A stretch of DNA of 64,000 bases from the NCBI GenBank assembly GCA_000934665.2, contig KZ537961.1:1-64000 (forward strand), written 5' to 3'. This DNA comes from Catajapyx aquilonaris (lineage: Eukaryota). The number at the start of each line of letters is the position of its first letter. Position 1 is the first letter of the stretch. The notes under the pieces were generated by a model, which worked only from the letters and a program-made list of their open reading frames with translations, searched no databases and was not told the origin of the DNA. The translations under genes were made by a program, and so were the position numbers. Positions 52,501 to 64,000 of the stretch are shown here, in pieces.

Positions 52501-55500
52501 GATCGGTGGTAAATCCAGAACTAGTAATTAATTCTGTGTAAATATTGTGAGTTAACGACTAATTTAGATCATGCAACCGGTTTCGCACAGCACATTAATA
52601 TTGTAAATTTTTTAAATTCGATATATCATGAGAGTCCTATTGATTTAATAGAGCGGTTGTCAACCTTTTCTCCCCCCAACATGTGCGTGTGATATAAGGC
52701 AGTAAAACTGATAATTTAGTGCACCTTATAAGTCTCAGAAACGCACTGATTACCCCCAAATATTAAGCCATGTCACCATAGTTCGCTTCAAATCAGGTCC
52801 GGTTGTACAAACTAAAATTAAGGCATAAAATCGCCAATTTACGAGCTAAATTCGTATATACATAACGTGACTTTGATTACCAGCTATTAATTATCTATGA
52901 GAAATCCATTAGCACCAGTCACACGCGCTTCCGCTGGCCGAAAAGATGTCCGATTCAGCTGTCCGGTCGTAAATTGTCCAAGAGTGTAATTTAGATTAGT
53001 TTTTTACTGTAGCATGCCACCACTCCTTTTAAAAGTTTGGTAATCTACATGAATTACGGTGTCATTACAGATGGAAGTATGTGAACGGTGAGTGGGTGGC
53101 AGGAGGTAAAGCTGAGATGGTGTCCACTAACATCTTCTACCATCATCCTGAGACGCCCAACTTTGGTGAACATTGGATGAAGGAGCCTGTGTCATTCGCC
53201 AAAGTCAAGCTGACCAACAAGGCAACTGTGAATGGGAACAGCCAGTGTCATGTGAGTCACATTTTGCTCAAAACGACATTAACACATAATTAACGGTCTC
53301 ATTTAACTTTTAGATAACACTAAATTCGTTGCACAAGTACGAACCTCGTATACACATAATCAGACTCGGACCTGAGAAGGTCAGCCTGCCGTACCACCGA
53401 TTCGAAGAGACACAGTTCATCGCTGTGACTGCGTACCAGAACGAGGAGGTATGTCCGATTTGACCTAATAGCTAGCCCCAGAGTTGACACACTGATTCCA
53501 CAGGTGACCTCGCTGAAGATCAGGCACAACCCGTTCGCCAAAGCTTTCTTGGAGACCAAGGAAAGGTCGCAGGCCAACTTCCAGAGGGAGATGCTCCAAT
53601 CAGGATCTCAAGCGCAGCAATGTAAGGAGGATCGAAATAACGTAGCAGCATGTAGAACGCGGTTACTGTAGACTGGGGTCGAATAACTTAGCGGCTAGTA
53701 GACCGGTGGCGGCTGATTGGTTGAAAGCCCAATCAAGCCAATTGCTACTAGAGGCCAACAATGTATTCTTCCTCTTGCAGATGGGCATTGGTACTTCCCA
53801 GCTCAGAGCATGTACTCGCCATCGACATCCATAACACCTCCGCATCCAATGGGGGTCAGCCTAGGTTCCGGTGTGTACTACGAAAAGCACTCTGGTATCC
53901 ACAGCCATCGAGCCGTTCCATACGCCAACTACAGGAGACCAACCATGGCTCACGGTAAGTCCGCACGCGACGCCCAATTACACCCATGCTAGATCATAAT
54001 CTACGGGATAATAACAAGGTGCGCGTTGATTAGTGCAACAGTGCCGAGTTTTAATCAGGATTTAATCAGGGTTGCTAGGGTATTACTGCCAGTGCAATGC
54101 ATGCTTCACAACCAAGTACAAAGGGTGTCATTACTTGAACTTTCCAGGACCGGTCCTAATTTTAAGGTGTTGTAAGATGGTGGTGGTGGTGAGGGGGTCG
54201 GATTTAAAATTCAGGACGGCAATCCCTAGGGCATTTTACTGTTTATTTCCAACCCCGGCTTGAATTTCAATAAGAGGGTCCGGAGCCATTCAGATGAAGA
54301 CATTAGGACTCATTCAGGTTTCTATTAATTTTATTGGTGGAAATAGGATTATAAATTCCTTTGCCTCGGTTTTTATACGCTGCTACTGTGTCGCTTAAGT
54401 CTCTGATAGGTGTAATTAAGGCAAAGTGCAAATTGAGCCTCAGTTTGAATTGTTTAACCAATGCCGACTATGAATTCCTAATGTAGATAGCCTCTATTAG
54501 TAAACATCATCGCGGGAGGCAGTAAATTAAATTACGATTAAGCTATACAGTTTAGTAAAATTGTAACAGCTAGGAACAGGTTTTAATATTTTCTACATAT
54601 GAATATTGGTATTATTCGGACACCTTCATAGGCAATGTTCCTTTCCAGATTTTTCTTATTTTTTTCTTTAAGGGGGGGGAGGGTTAGAGGGTGGGAATGT
54701 TGAGGAATTTTATGGCTGGCTTGTGGCCTACCAAAGAGGACCGACTCTTCACCCCGCCAAACACGTGCAGGTCATTAGCCCACCTAGATAGATACTGCTT
54801 TTAAGAGTTTACAAGTGCTGGGACATCCCTACCGTGAGTGCGTGTTGGTCTAAACTTATTGAGATGCAAAGAGTATGACGGGTTTGTTTCTCAGGGTCGC
54901 TCATTGTCTTGTTGTGCAGAGTTACACAAACATGTATTAGAGAGACAGAGATGTTTGCTTGTCTAGCTTGCGTTGAAGTCACCTCCTCACTGGTGTTAGA
55001 AAATGCAATGAGTTACGGGATTTCGACATGGAGAAAATGAAACCATGCGTTTAGGTGCTAAGTGTGTTAATTTGCATTGAACACTGCTGAGGAAATGCCT
55101 GCGCAAAATGTGGGTTTACGTAAACATAATGAATAATATTGGGGGTCGAAATAATGCGATATTTATTTAAATGCCATTTTAACCAAATATAACTACGATA
55201 TTAGCGACAGAAAATGGAGTAATAGGCAATAAATCCTACGATCATAGAGCTGTTACCTAATGCCCTATCGTGCAGAAATAGTGATTACTGATAATTGATG
55301 TTCGATTATGATCTCATGTATGCCACCAGATACGGATATTATATCATCAAAAAAATTGACTCGTCGCCACCAAGTTTAGTGGATGTGACGTGAATATCAT
55401 AAACGTTGTCCATGAGCTGTATCCGTTGTTGAAATATGATGCTGAAGTGACAATCACTGTTGACACACATCCATCCTTCCAAAAAATGAGGGCTTCATTT

Positions 55501-56212
55501 GTAGAGATGTCAGAATATCATTTGATGCAACAGAACCTAAATGCATGTTATTCAGGATGGAAAATATTGGTGATCTCAATGTCACATTTGGACAATTTCA
55601 GGCTCCTATAGCGACCTGTCCCAACAAGGCGTGTTCAGCTGGAGTGTTCCCCAACCGCCATTGGCACCACCATCGTCAGCACCATCGTCGTCGGTACCTG
55701 CCCAATCCTGGTCTGTCCTCCCAGCCTGCACCTGCCCAACGGCCACCAGCAACACCGTCACCACCACCTCCACATCTTCCCCCATCAGCACCAACAACAA
55801 CATGGTGGCAGCCTCAGCTTCCGCCTCCTCCTGCGCATGGACCACCTCCTCATCAACCCCAAGCCCGGAAACCGCCTCCAGTCCCTGCGCCAGTCCCCAC
55901 CAGTCCGTGTTCCAGCAACGATCCCCAACCACATACAATCTGCACCCACAGCACCACGTGTTTCCGCACCCTTTGTTGCCTAGGCTGGACCACGTGGCTC
56001 AGAGTCCCCTGGCAGCATCGTCTTCGGACCATCATCACCATCACGAAGGAGGGTACATGCCAGCGGAGTCGTCTGCAGCCGTGGCATTTTCTCCTGCGCA
56101 ACATAGCCACTCATTGTCGTCGTCGCCAAGGTACGACGCTTCTCATGGATACCCCAACCAGCATACGCCTCCGACGGACTGGAGTCCGCTTACTCCACCG
56201 ACTGGGATGTAA
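49575..56212 (+). CDS. byn: Brachyury (T-box transcription factor; brachyenteron ortholog), 7 exons, 533 aa
   Basis: Exons: 49575-49861, 52002-52097, 53071-53251, 53314-53448, 53504-53621, 53781-53954, 55602-56212 (phases consistent, 1602 nt). T-box [98 protein letters not shown]. Brachyury-type SHLLS, HRAVPY and C-terminal WSPLTPP motifs. Alternative start at ATG 49695. Confidence 0.96.
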
Positions 56213-57964
56213 ATTTCAATTGTTGGCTTATTTATTTGGAATAATTTGACATTCTTGCGATGTCACCCTGATGGAGTTGCTTGAATGGTGCAATTAGTAT
56301 AAAATATTATTGTGGGTCACATGCTTGTGGACATGGTGTTGTCCTCAGTCGAAGGTAATTGCTGATGAGGGACGGTCATTGTTTTATGGGTAAGCTATTT
56401 CTGAGTTGTATACAGTAACGCAATAGGATGCCATCGCCATGAATAATTGATTTGATACCATCAATGATGTCGAAGGATGAAGCAGTATTACTGTCCACTA
56501 ATTAAGGTAATGATATTTTGAGAGGTAGTGCAATAAGCGGAAAACAAATCAAAAATAATGTTCAGAATGAAAATTAATTACGAGCATACTCTTTATGTAA
56601 CATGCTCACCTATGTGCAAACGGTTGTGATGTGCTGTATGTGGGAGATTCATTACCTTACGTAACTGCCCTCCATGCTGGCTTAACAGGAAGGGCTATTC
56701 ACATGGCGCACAAGTTATTATTGTTGAGCCGCACTAACAATGGAAAACAACTGTTTTGCCATGTAAATGGCCTTTACTGAAATAGGACCATAGTAGTTAT
56801 ACTATTTTTCATATGCATAATAACTTGCAGTATTTTAAGAGTTATCGTCCGACATTTTTTTTTGCACATTATCAACATTACAGGGGCTGTAATTAGTGGT
56901 GAGTTACATCAATACAAATGTACGTGTGATCGCGTCTACTGTCTTAAGTGTACTGTTTTGTTATTCGGATATGTACCGCAATCATATAGTTATAATGATA
57001 GAAAAAATATTAGAATTTAAGCCAAAGATTAGCACCATCTCATCTCATGTATACGGCAATGTAGTTGTAATATAAGGATGTGTACATTTTCAGAATAAAT
57101 AAATGTATAAGTGACAAACCTGTCCAAAAAATCCTCACTTTCCTACCCAAAAACTAGAACATCCGTGAAAGGAGGCAAAACCGGAACAAAATCACTGTTT
57201 TTCGGACAACCATTTATTGTTTAACCCCCAACAAAAGGTACCGTTAATCCACTTACGACTCATAATAACTGATTGGAGTCTTTTTCCACCCGAAAAGGTC
57301 CGTCCTTGTAGCCTACATAGTACGATACGATGATTGAAAACCCGAAACGGAACAAAACACTACGTTTTTGCTCTCTATTATTACTACTATTAAATCACTG
57401 GTTCAGATCACTCCTTATTAATTTTCGGTGGGTGATATCAGAATGGGATTTATTACTTTACTATTTTATTGTCCACATCACCCCCCCCCCCCCCCTNCCT
57501 TTTTGTAGGTAGTGCTACATTTTGTCACGAGTCTTCTCTTTCCCGCCTTGTTTTATGGCATATCAGACTGGTTTTCTAGCACTTTGGCGGCCTTTTTTTC
57601 CCCCCATGTATATTTCGAACCCTGCCCAACAGGCAACGAGTGAAAACAAATATGCCAAATTTTTTTTTGCAGATATAATGACAGTGCAAAATGGTCATAC
57701 ATGTACTACAAAGACACGGAAAAGTCAGAAGCTCTTCCTTTAGAATAAAATGAGTTGTATATATGCAAGATGCGTCTGTCCATTAATTCACACCTTCATA
57801 TGAGGAAGGGGGAGTGTGCTCATAAAAAGCGGCGTCGGCTTTAGGAAAAAGGTAGGCAGAAAGGTTTATAACTCACCTTTTCAAGAGCTTATATACCTTT
57901 CGGTGCGTGTGTGTTCAACATACACAAAACTTCTCCCGGTACGGATCCCTTTCGGAATTATATC

Positions 57965-57980
57965 TTACACCTAGGTGTTA
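57965..57980. promoter_or_regulatory. Palindromic T-box (Brachyury) binding-site match
   Basis: TTACACCTAGGTGTTA matches TCACACCTAGGTGTGA at 14/16 positions. An extra half-site TTCACACCT lies at 57787-57795. Confidence 0.5.
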
Positions 57981-59680
57981 AAAGTCGAAAGAAAATATAA
58001 GGGATAGCCTTCTACAGTTCCCCCCTTTTTTTGTGTGTGGTGATGACATTCCAGGGATCAGTTTGGCTGTTTGGATTTGAAGATGGCGCTATATGAAGGT
58101 TGGAAGAGTGGCCGCTGTGTGGTGTGTTCATCTGGAGAGCTGGATGGCTGACTGGATTGTCCTGCTCTCTGTTGGTTGCAGGAGGAGGTTAATAGTGCGC
58201 AAGTGGTGCGTGACTTTCAGCGTTTCAGGATGTATCCTCAATGCATGAGATAGAACCATCCAATAGTACCTTTTTGCAAAATAAATAATTGTATTCTGAG
58301 AATTTTTAAAAAATATTTACTTTATTTCCAGTAGGGCCTACCCGGGGCGGCCTTCTGAGAATTTTGTTCTATAGAAGTTCTTAAAGGTCGAAAAAGTTCA
58401 TTTTTTCGTCCCTTGTGCCTTTATAGTTCATGTCCAAAACGGCTGGAATACCGTCATTTATTACGTAAATGTTAAGGTAATGTAGCTTTAATTATAAATT
58501 GTCCATTAGGAAACTATCATGACTGACAGAAAATATGTCGAACAATTCAGCATGGAATTTCAATTTGTCTGAAAAATTCAGCGTCAAATAATTTATAAAT
58601 TCATTAAGGACACCAGGCTCTGACCTTCATGTTCCGAAAAATGTAACCTTGGCCTCAAGACGTCTTGATTCGTTTTTTTTAAAGCCATCGGCGACGGTAC
58701 CGTTGTGTCAAATCCAAAAGCGTGATCTTGGAGCGGATACAGCGTCGCGAATCTACTCGATCATGACCAGTGACCCACTTCCAAATAGAGAATCCGTGGC
58801 CTCAGGCACATATTTCCGCAACTATTTTCAGATGCCTTTGGAGGATCCGGCACCAACTTATTACATATTCACTTACAAAAGCACTATAAAAAACTTATAG
58901 GTGTGCTCGTAACTCGGAGTTACAACCGGTTTATGGCGAAGACAGGCCTGAAAGTGACGAGCGAATAGATTTCAATTCATCTTTAAGTCTGACTTTGTGT
59001 TTAAACATGAGCAGTACCGTATTTTTGAACATCAATCACTATCCATGTACCGCTGCAGCTGTCACATTAAAATCAAATTATCATTTGACATACTGTACAA
59101 CTCGCTGTACAAACTAACAAAAAGTTATGAATAAGGAGCCTAAAATAGCATGTACGCAACAATACTTAAAAAAATGAGGCGATGACAATGGCGGCATCGC
59201 ATGATCTCAGTTGGTGGTGAACAATGATCGAGTGTGTCTTCAAGTGGGGCGCACCGGTGGTCACTACCGCATTCTTCTGCACTCCAGGTGGTCTTTCCAT
59301 TCATTATTTTCGGCAAGTTTTGATCACCATTGTTGCAACCTCCAAAAAGGCCAGACTGCGAATTAAGGCTGTAAATATAGGGCACCTGAATACCCCCCAA
59401 AAAATGTCCTCAAAGGAGATGTCTCCTTGATCTTGGTCTCGCTCGAAAAAATCGAGAGTTGCTGATTTTGAAGGGTACCAATGTTCAATGGCCTGATTCA
59501 AGAACATCAGTTTTTATAGCAATAAAATCAGTTCATTTGTATGTCCGCAACTTTTCAAAAAAAAAATTTAATGAACAAAAATTTTGTAGCCAAAAGTACA
59601 TGTTATGGTCTATAGGCTACTGAACAAATGTTTCAACCAAATTTGAACACAATGTCTTCATATAATTATAAGTGTTGGAG

Positions 59681-59763
59681 GTCTCCCTAAAGGGGCTCTG
59701 CCCCAACAATGTGGTTAATTAAATAAATAAAAATAAAAATAAAAATAAAAATAAATAAATAAA
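59681..59763 (+). mobile_element. Severely 5'-truncated retroposon insertion with 17-bp TSD
   Basis: AATTATAAGTGTTGGAG is duplicated at 59664-59680 and 59764-59780, around a short body plus an (AAATA)n tail. Confidence 0.8.
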
Positions 59764-60137
59764 AATTATAAGTGTTGGAGACTTGAATGCCCGAATTTGC
59801 AAGCAGCCTTTGGACAGTGTCTCACTAATTATATTTATTCCTATTATAAAACCACATTAAGTGTTGACATCCGCCAATCTGTCCCACATTTATTCATCCA
59901 ATTCGCCAGGTCACGCAGACTGCCCAACAACTAATAAAAAATGGGTAAGACATGTGGGAGGCGTGACTTGAAGTGAGGTAGTGGTTTTATTTTAGCCTCA
60001 ACCATGCTTGCAGGGTGACCCAGACTGTCAAATATTTTTTTGCAACACCCTGCCTCTCCATTTCGTACCTAAGGCTATATAAAGATGTGCAGAATGGTCG
60101 CCTCGGGTAGTCGGATACGAGTTTACAAAGGCTCAGG

Positions 60138-62760
60138 ATGGATCGGATTGTTGTGGTGTTGTTGATGACCGGAATTCTGGGTGATGCTGGTGCAAATGGA
60201 CTTACTAGTGGCAATGACACTTTTAGGAGAGAAAAGTGTGAGTATATCGAGGTTGACAGTGTGGCTTTAGGCGTGTGTAAAAGTGTGCGAATTTCCTGCT
60301 TTGGAGTGTTCACCTTCTTCTTTAGACAGGTCTTTATGCTTCCCAACTCTACTTGGATCGCTTGCCTTGAAGACGGATCACTTATCTAAAACAGCTTGTG
60401 CTGAATTTCCTGGTGTGTTTTGATGGTATTTTTCTTATAGTCACTTAATATCTGTTGAATAAATGAGGTAAACCTAAGTTCATCATATCTTATTCGTAAA
60501 TCATTAAAGGGACACTACACTCAAAAAACAAGTTGGTCTGTAAAAATTGGGCAAAAAAATCCTGAATCCGACGGTGCAATCCGTTTTTTGCTACGCGGAA
60601 CCGTAATTTCAGGGCGAGGGGTCAAAGTGGGGAAATTCAAATAGTGCGCTAAAAGATGGCCGCTCCGCCAGCGCCGCCCTCGGGACCTTGGTAACTGGAG
60701 GGCTGCTCCCGCCTGCCCGCGCGCATTAGGTCAATCCCGGAGCGGAGCAGCCCTCCAGTTCCCCTGTTCCCCGCGTGGCGGCGCCGCTCATTATCAGACG
60801 ACAGACTTTGACCTCTCGCCCTGGGATTACCGTTCCACGTAGCGGAAAACGGATTGCACCGGCGGATTCAGGATTTTTTGCCCAATTTTTAGATACCGAC
60901 TTGTTTTTTGAGTGGAGTGTCCCGTTAATGAATTGTTCAGAATTTAATTAATTCAATTCTAATCAATCTTTCCCACCCAGTCTTTCCACTATTCTCAATA
61001 GTTCGGTTTGACAACAACCCGTGCGTACCCGAAAGTCCGGACGAAAATGGAACTTGCTATTCCAGGTAAGAAATTACATTATGAATTTCGACAATGTAAT
61101 TGCCGTATGCTTATTACCAGCTCACAGTGTGCCAGTCTGGGAGGAGTTGGGAGAGGACCATGCGCTTCAGGGTACGGAACATGCTGTGTCTGTAAGTACT
61201 GTGATCACATTGTATAGGGTGTTATTCGTGTTAATCCTAAGCGTGTCACCAGAAAAGGTGGTGGTAGAGGGCGCAGGTGTGAGCATTTTTTCATAAGGAA
61301 CTAGGGGTCTGAAACGCACCCTCACCGAGCCTCTTGCACACTGCCTGCCGTAAACTTGAAATGGGCGTAACTCGGTGAGGGTGCGTTTCCGACCCCTAGT
61401 TCCTTATGCAAAAATGCTCACACCTGCGCCCTCTACCACCACCTTTTCTGGTGACACGCTTAGGATTAACACCCTGTAGAAACAGATATAACGTAAAATA
61501 TTTTGCAGTCGAAAGTTCATGTGGAGCAACAGCCACACAGAACCGAACGTACTTCAGAAGCCCCAAATACCCAGAGTTTCATAGGCCTAGTGGCCTCGAA
61601 GTCTGCAATCTTCGAGTACAAAAGGTATGCTTTAGTGCACCATAAACAACATGATATGACATACCGGTACCGCACGTTGTTTTTCAGAGCGCCAGTGTAT
61701 GCCAGGTCCGACTTGACTTTATCAGCCTTGAATTGTCATCCCCTGACCAAGAAGGCCTGTGCAAGAGTGACATGTTCCAGATCAAAGGCGTACCCGGATA
61801 TCCGACCAATCTTTGTGGTTCATTAACGGGTCAACACAGTAAGGCAACAAAACTTTCGATTTCTGCCGCATGCGAACTAATCCGGTCCAACCACTTTCGC
61901 TCTCTGGAGGCGAAAGGTGTGCTAATTGGTTCTTTGCTTATGTGCAGTGTACATCGAGTACGGCAGTAGCGATAGGATCACGATGACCGTGGTCACCGAC
62001 GGCGCAGGTTCTACCCAGAAAGAGAGGCTGTGGAATATCAAGATCACCTATATTGAATGCAACTCGCTCTCAAGAGGTGAGGTTGTAGATCAACAATGTG
62101 GGACATTGTTGACCAATTTTGGTTTCAGCTCCTGATGGATGTTTGCAGTACTTTCCGTTGTCTACTGGACGAGTTGAGATGTTCAACTTTCCTAATCCGC
62201 CGCATTTGGCCATGTTGGACTATTCTATATGTGTCAGGAAAGACGATGGGGCCTGCACTATTGTGGTACGTTGGATTCACACCAGTGTCGCTAGTCGCTG
62301 TCTAATCCTGCGCATGCGCATTTCAGTGGCGGCCATGTCCGGAGATAGAAAACGCGTTTTTCTTCACCGGTACCGAAAAGACTGGCCGAAATGAGGACTA
62401 CATGTTGCAAACTACCAGTACCGAATCGATTGACCCCATGTCATCTGAGATGACCAGCTCAGGCGCTGACCCAAACCCTTCAATGATGACCACGAACCTA
62501 TGCATGACCGACTATGTCACTGTGATGACCGACAGAGTTGACCGATTCTGCGGTAACAAATTGGGCGAGGTCAACCAAATTAAATGTATGTACCATACTG
62601 TATTCAGTACACAATTTTATACATATTTAATGGCCATTTATTTTCAGCGAGTTCGCGACCTTTCACACTTCGGGTCAAGACGAATGAGGAGGAGACCATG
62701 AGTAAGGACATTGGAAACACCGGTTTTTGTCTAATGTGGCGGCAGGAACCATGTTCTTAG
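60138..62760 (+). CDS. Secreted cysteine-rich CUB-like domain protein, 9 exons, 386 aa
   Basis: Exons: 60138-60237, 60981-61065, 61121-61191, 61509-61624, 61688-61838, 61948-62076, 62129-62265, 62327-62585, 62648-62760 (phases consistent, 1161 nt). Signal peptide; FSIVRFDNNPC..GTCYSSSQCASLGG..GPCASGYGTCC; VCQVRLDF; LCGSLTGQHMY; WNIKITYIEC; APDGCLQYF; DRFCG; GFCLMWRQEPCS. TATATAAA at 60076 and AATAAA at ~62912. Confidence 0.92.
60508..60924. mobile_element. Kolobok/T2-type MITE in intron 1 of the CUB-like gene
   Basis: TTAA|AGGGACACTACACTCAAAAAACAAGT ... ACTTGTTTTTTGAGTGGAGTGTCCCG|TTAA; ~120-bp imperfect TIRs and an internal second inverted repeat (60693-60760). Confidence 0.85.
61215..61476. 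mobile_element. Tc1/mariner-type fold-back MITE in intron 3 of the CUB-like gene
   Basis: Arms 61228-61329 and 61371-61472 are nearly identical inverted copies. The right end is CACCCTG|TA and the left end is TA|TAGGGTG. Confidence 0.85.
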
Positions 62761-63678
62761 ACTCAGTACAATACTAACTGTGAATACAACGAAGAGCATT
62801 TATGAAAACTGGACAGGTTGGTCACAAAGTAGCCTATCGTGGATAATATCTGGCGTGAACTAGCGACTACTTTCAAACGTTATTTATATTTCAATCCCAA
62901 ATTAACAGAGCAATAAACAACCTGAAAATCTTGTTCGGTTACGTTATAATTTATTCCCCCCCCCCCCCCCCCCCNTTATTCCCCCCCCCCCTCTCCACCA
63001 ATGGAATGTTTCTCATTGACCTCAATGTAACAAAGACAATAAATAGCTCGACTTTCATTATGATTTATAGCGTATTCCTCCTAATAAGTGTGTGCATACT
63101 GTACCTCGCAAGTCAAGGGCTGCATAATATTACAGCATGTAATTTATCAGCTGATTACTGAACAATATTGGTTACCCCAGTTTTATATAACTGGAACAAT
63201 CAAGACTGAACCTGACAAAACAGGCTGTAAATGATTACTGGTACTTTGAGAGAAGTTTAACCTTGTTTACTTCTGAGCTAATTAATCATGACCTTTGTTG
63301 TGCTATTTTAAATGCTAATTCATTTAAAAAATGTGTTACTTACATTATGAGGACGTCATTGCACTAGTAACAATATGCTGGTACTGTGCAGTATACACTA
63401 CTTGTACTTCCCATTTGAAGGAAGTGTCTGTCTAACGGGTATGGCTGTACCCCATATGACAACAATGTAACTGAATGAGTTACATGAAACGAGGTCAATT
63501 CACTAAAATCGTACAATCAATGTTACATTGGTAAAAATTTGACAAAAATATAAATTCAGCTGTAATATTTATTAGTGTTATTTCACTGAAAAAATAAAAA
63601 CATCTTTCCTCTTTACAATGTGCATAAATTATGTTAAATAAATAGTTACAACCGGTTTACAACACATGTGCCTCCAAA

Positions 63679-64000
63679 TCATGGGCTTTGATTCCACTTG
63701 AAACAAAATCCTGTATTTTCCTCATCCTCCATTTCCTGGTCGTCCGTCTTGATCCGGACCACAAAAGGTGCCGACGAAGCTGCAAAAAAAAAAAATAATA
63801 ATCAAAAATATAACTATGTAAATATATCAACCTGATGTGACTTACTAGAAATGGGCGATCCTCCTAAGTCAGCACCGCAGAACCGATCAGATGAATTGGG
63901 TGGTGTCCTTTCCCAAGTGGCCTGAGGGATGACCATGTAGTCGTCGATGCAACCCTCGGTCTGGACCATCGGAGACGACGTGGTCCTATTGGCTTTGGGA
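63679..64000 (-). CDS. 3' two exons of a second CUB-like paralog (partial, continues beyond window)
   Basis: Exon >64000-63846 encodes ..EGCIDDYMVIPQ..SDRFCGADLGGSPIS|gtaagt. Exon 63779-63679 encodes (T)SSAPFVVRIKTDDQEMEDEENTGFCFKWNQSP*. It aligns with exons 8-9 of 60138-62760 and shares the same phase-1 intron position. Confidence 0.88.

Noticed and set aside
55545..56249. 234-aa Pro-rich ORF overlapping the last Brachyury exon
   Set aside because: An alternative frame; the splice phase and the WSPLTPP motif select the frame ending at 56212.

Overview
This is eukaryotic, AT-rich arthropod genomic DNA (pancrustacean/hexapod-like) with mostly short spliceosomal introns. It is not prokaryotic. 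Genes reconstructed by hand: two divergently oriented RR-2 cuticular protein paralogs (8013-8596 -, 19518-20327 +); an intronless secreted SYGPP/YGAP-repeat protein (26168-27496 +); an 11-exon ORC3 (34176-38743 -, 759 aa); a 7-exon Brachyury/brachyenteron (49575-56212 +, 533 aa); a 9-exon secreted CUB-like protein (60138-62760 +, 386 aa); and the last two exons of a convergent paralog (63679-64000 -). Intergenic and intronic DNA holds many fossil or non-autonomous mobile elements (mariner, hAT/Charlie, pogo/Tigger-, Kolobok- and Harbinger-type MITEs, a V-domain SINE, a mini-Helitron, LINE tails), a degenerate tRNA-Ala and many fold-back structures. The most notable observations are: a 69-nt U12-type intron and a 14x S/T-P (CDK-site-rich) insert in ORC3; a near-perfect palindromic Brachyury binding site just downstream of Brachyury itself, with half-sites around its promoter; an interleaved A-B-A'-B' double inverted repeat; a (TAC)n/(TAG)n fold-back element; and a TGA sitting where the CUB paralog has its terminal Cys. 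I cannot support a wholly new biological system from the sequence alone; the regulatory ideas are hypotheses.
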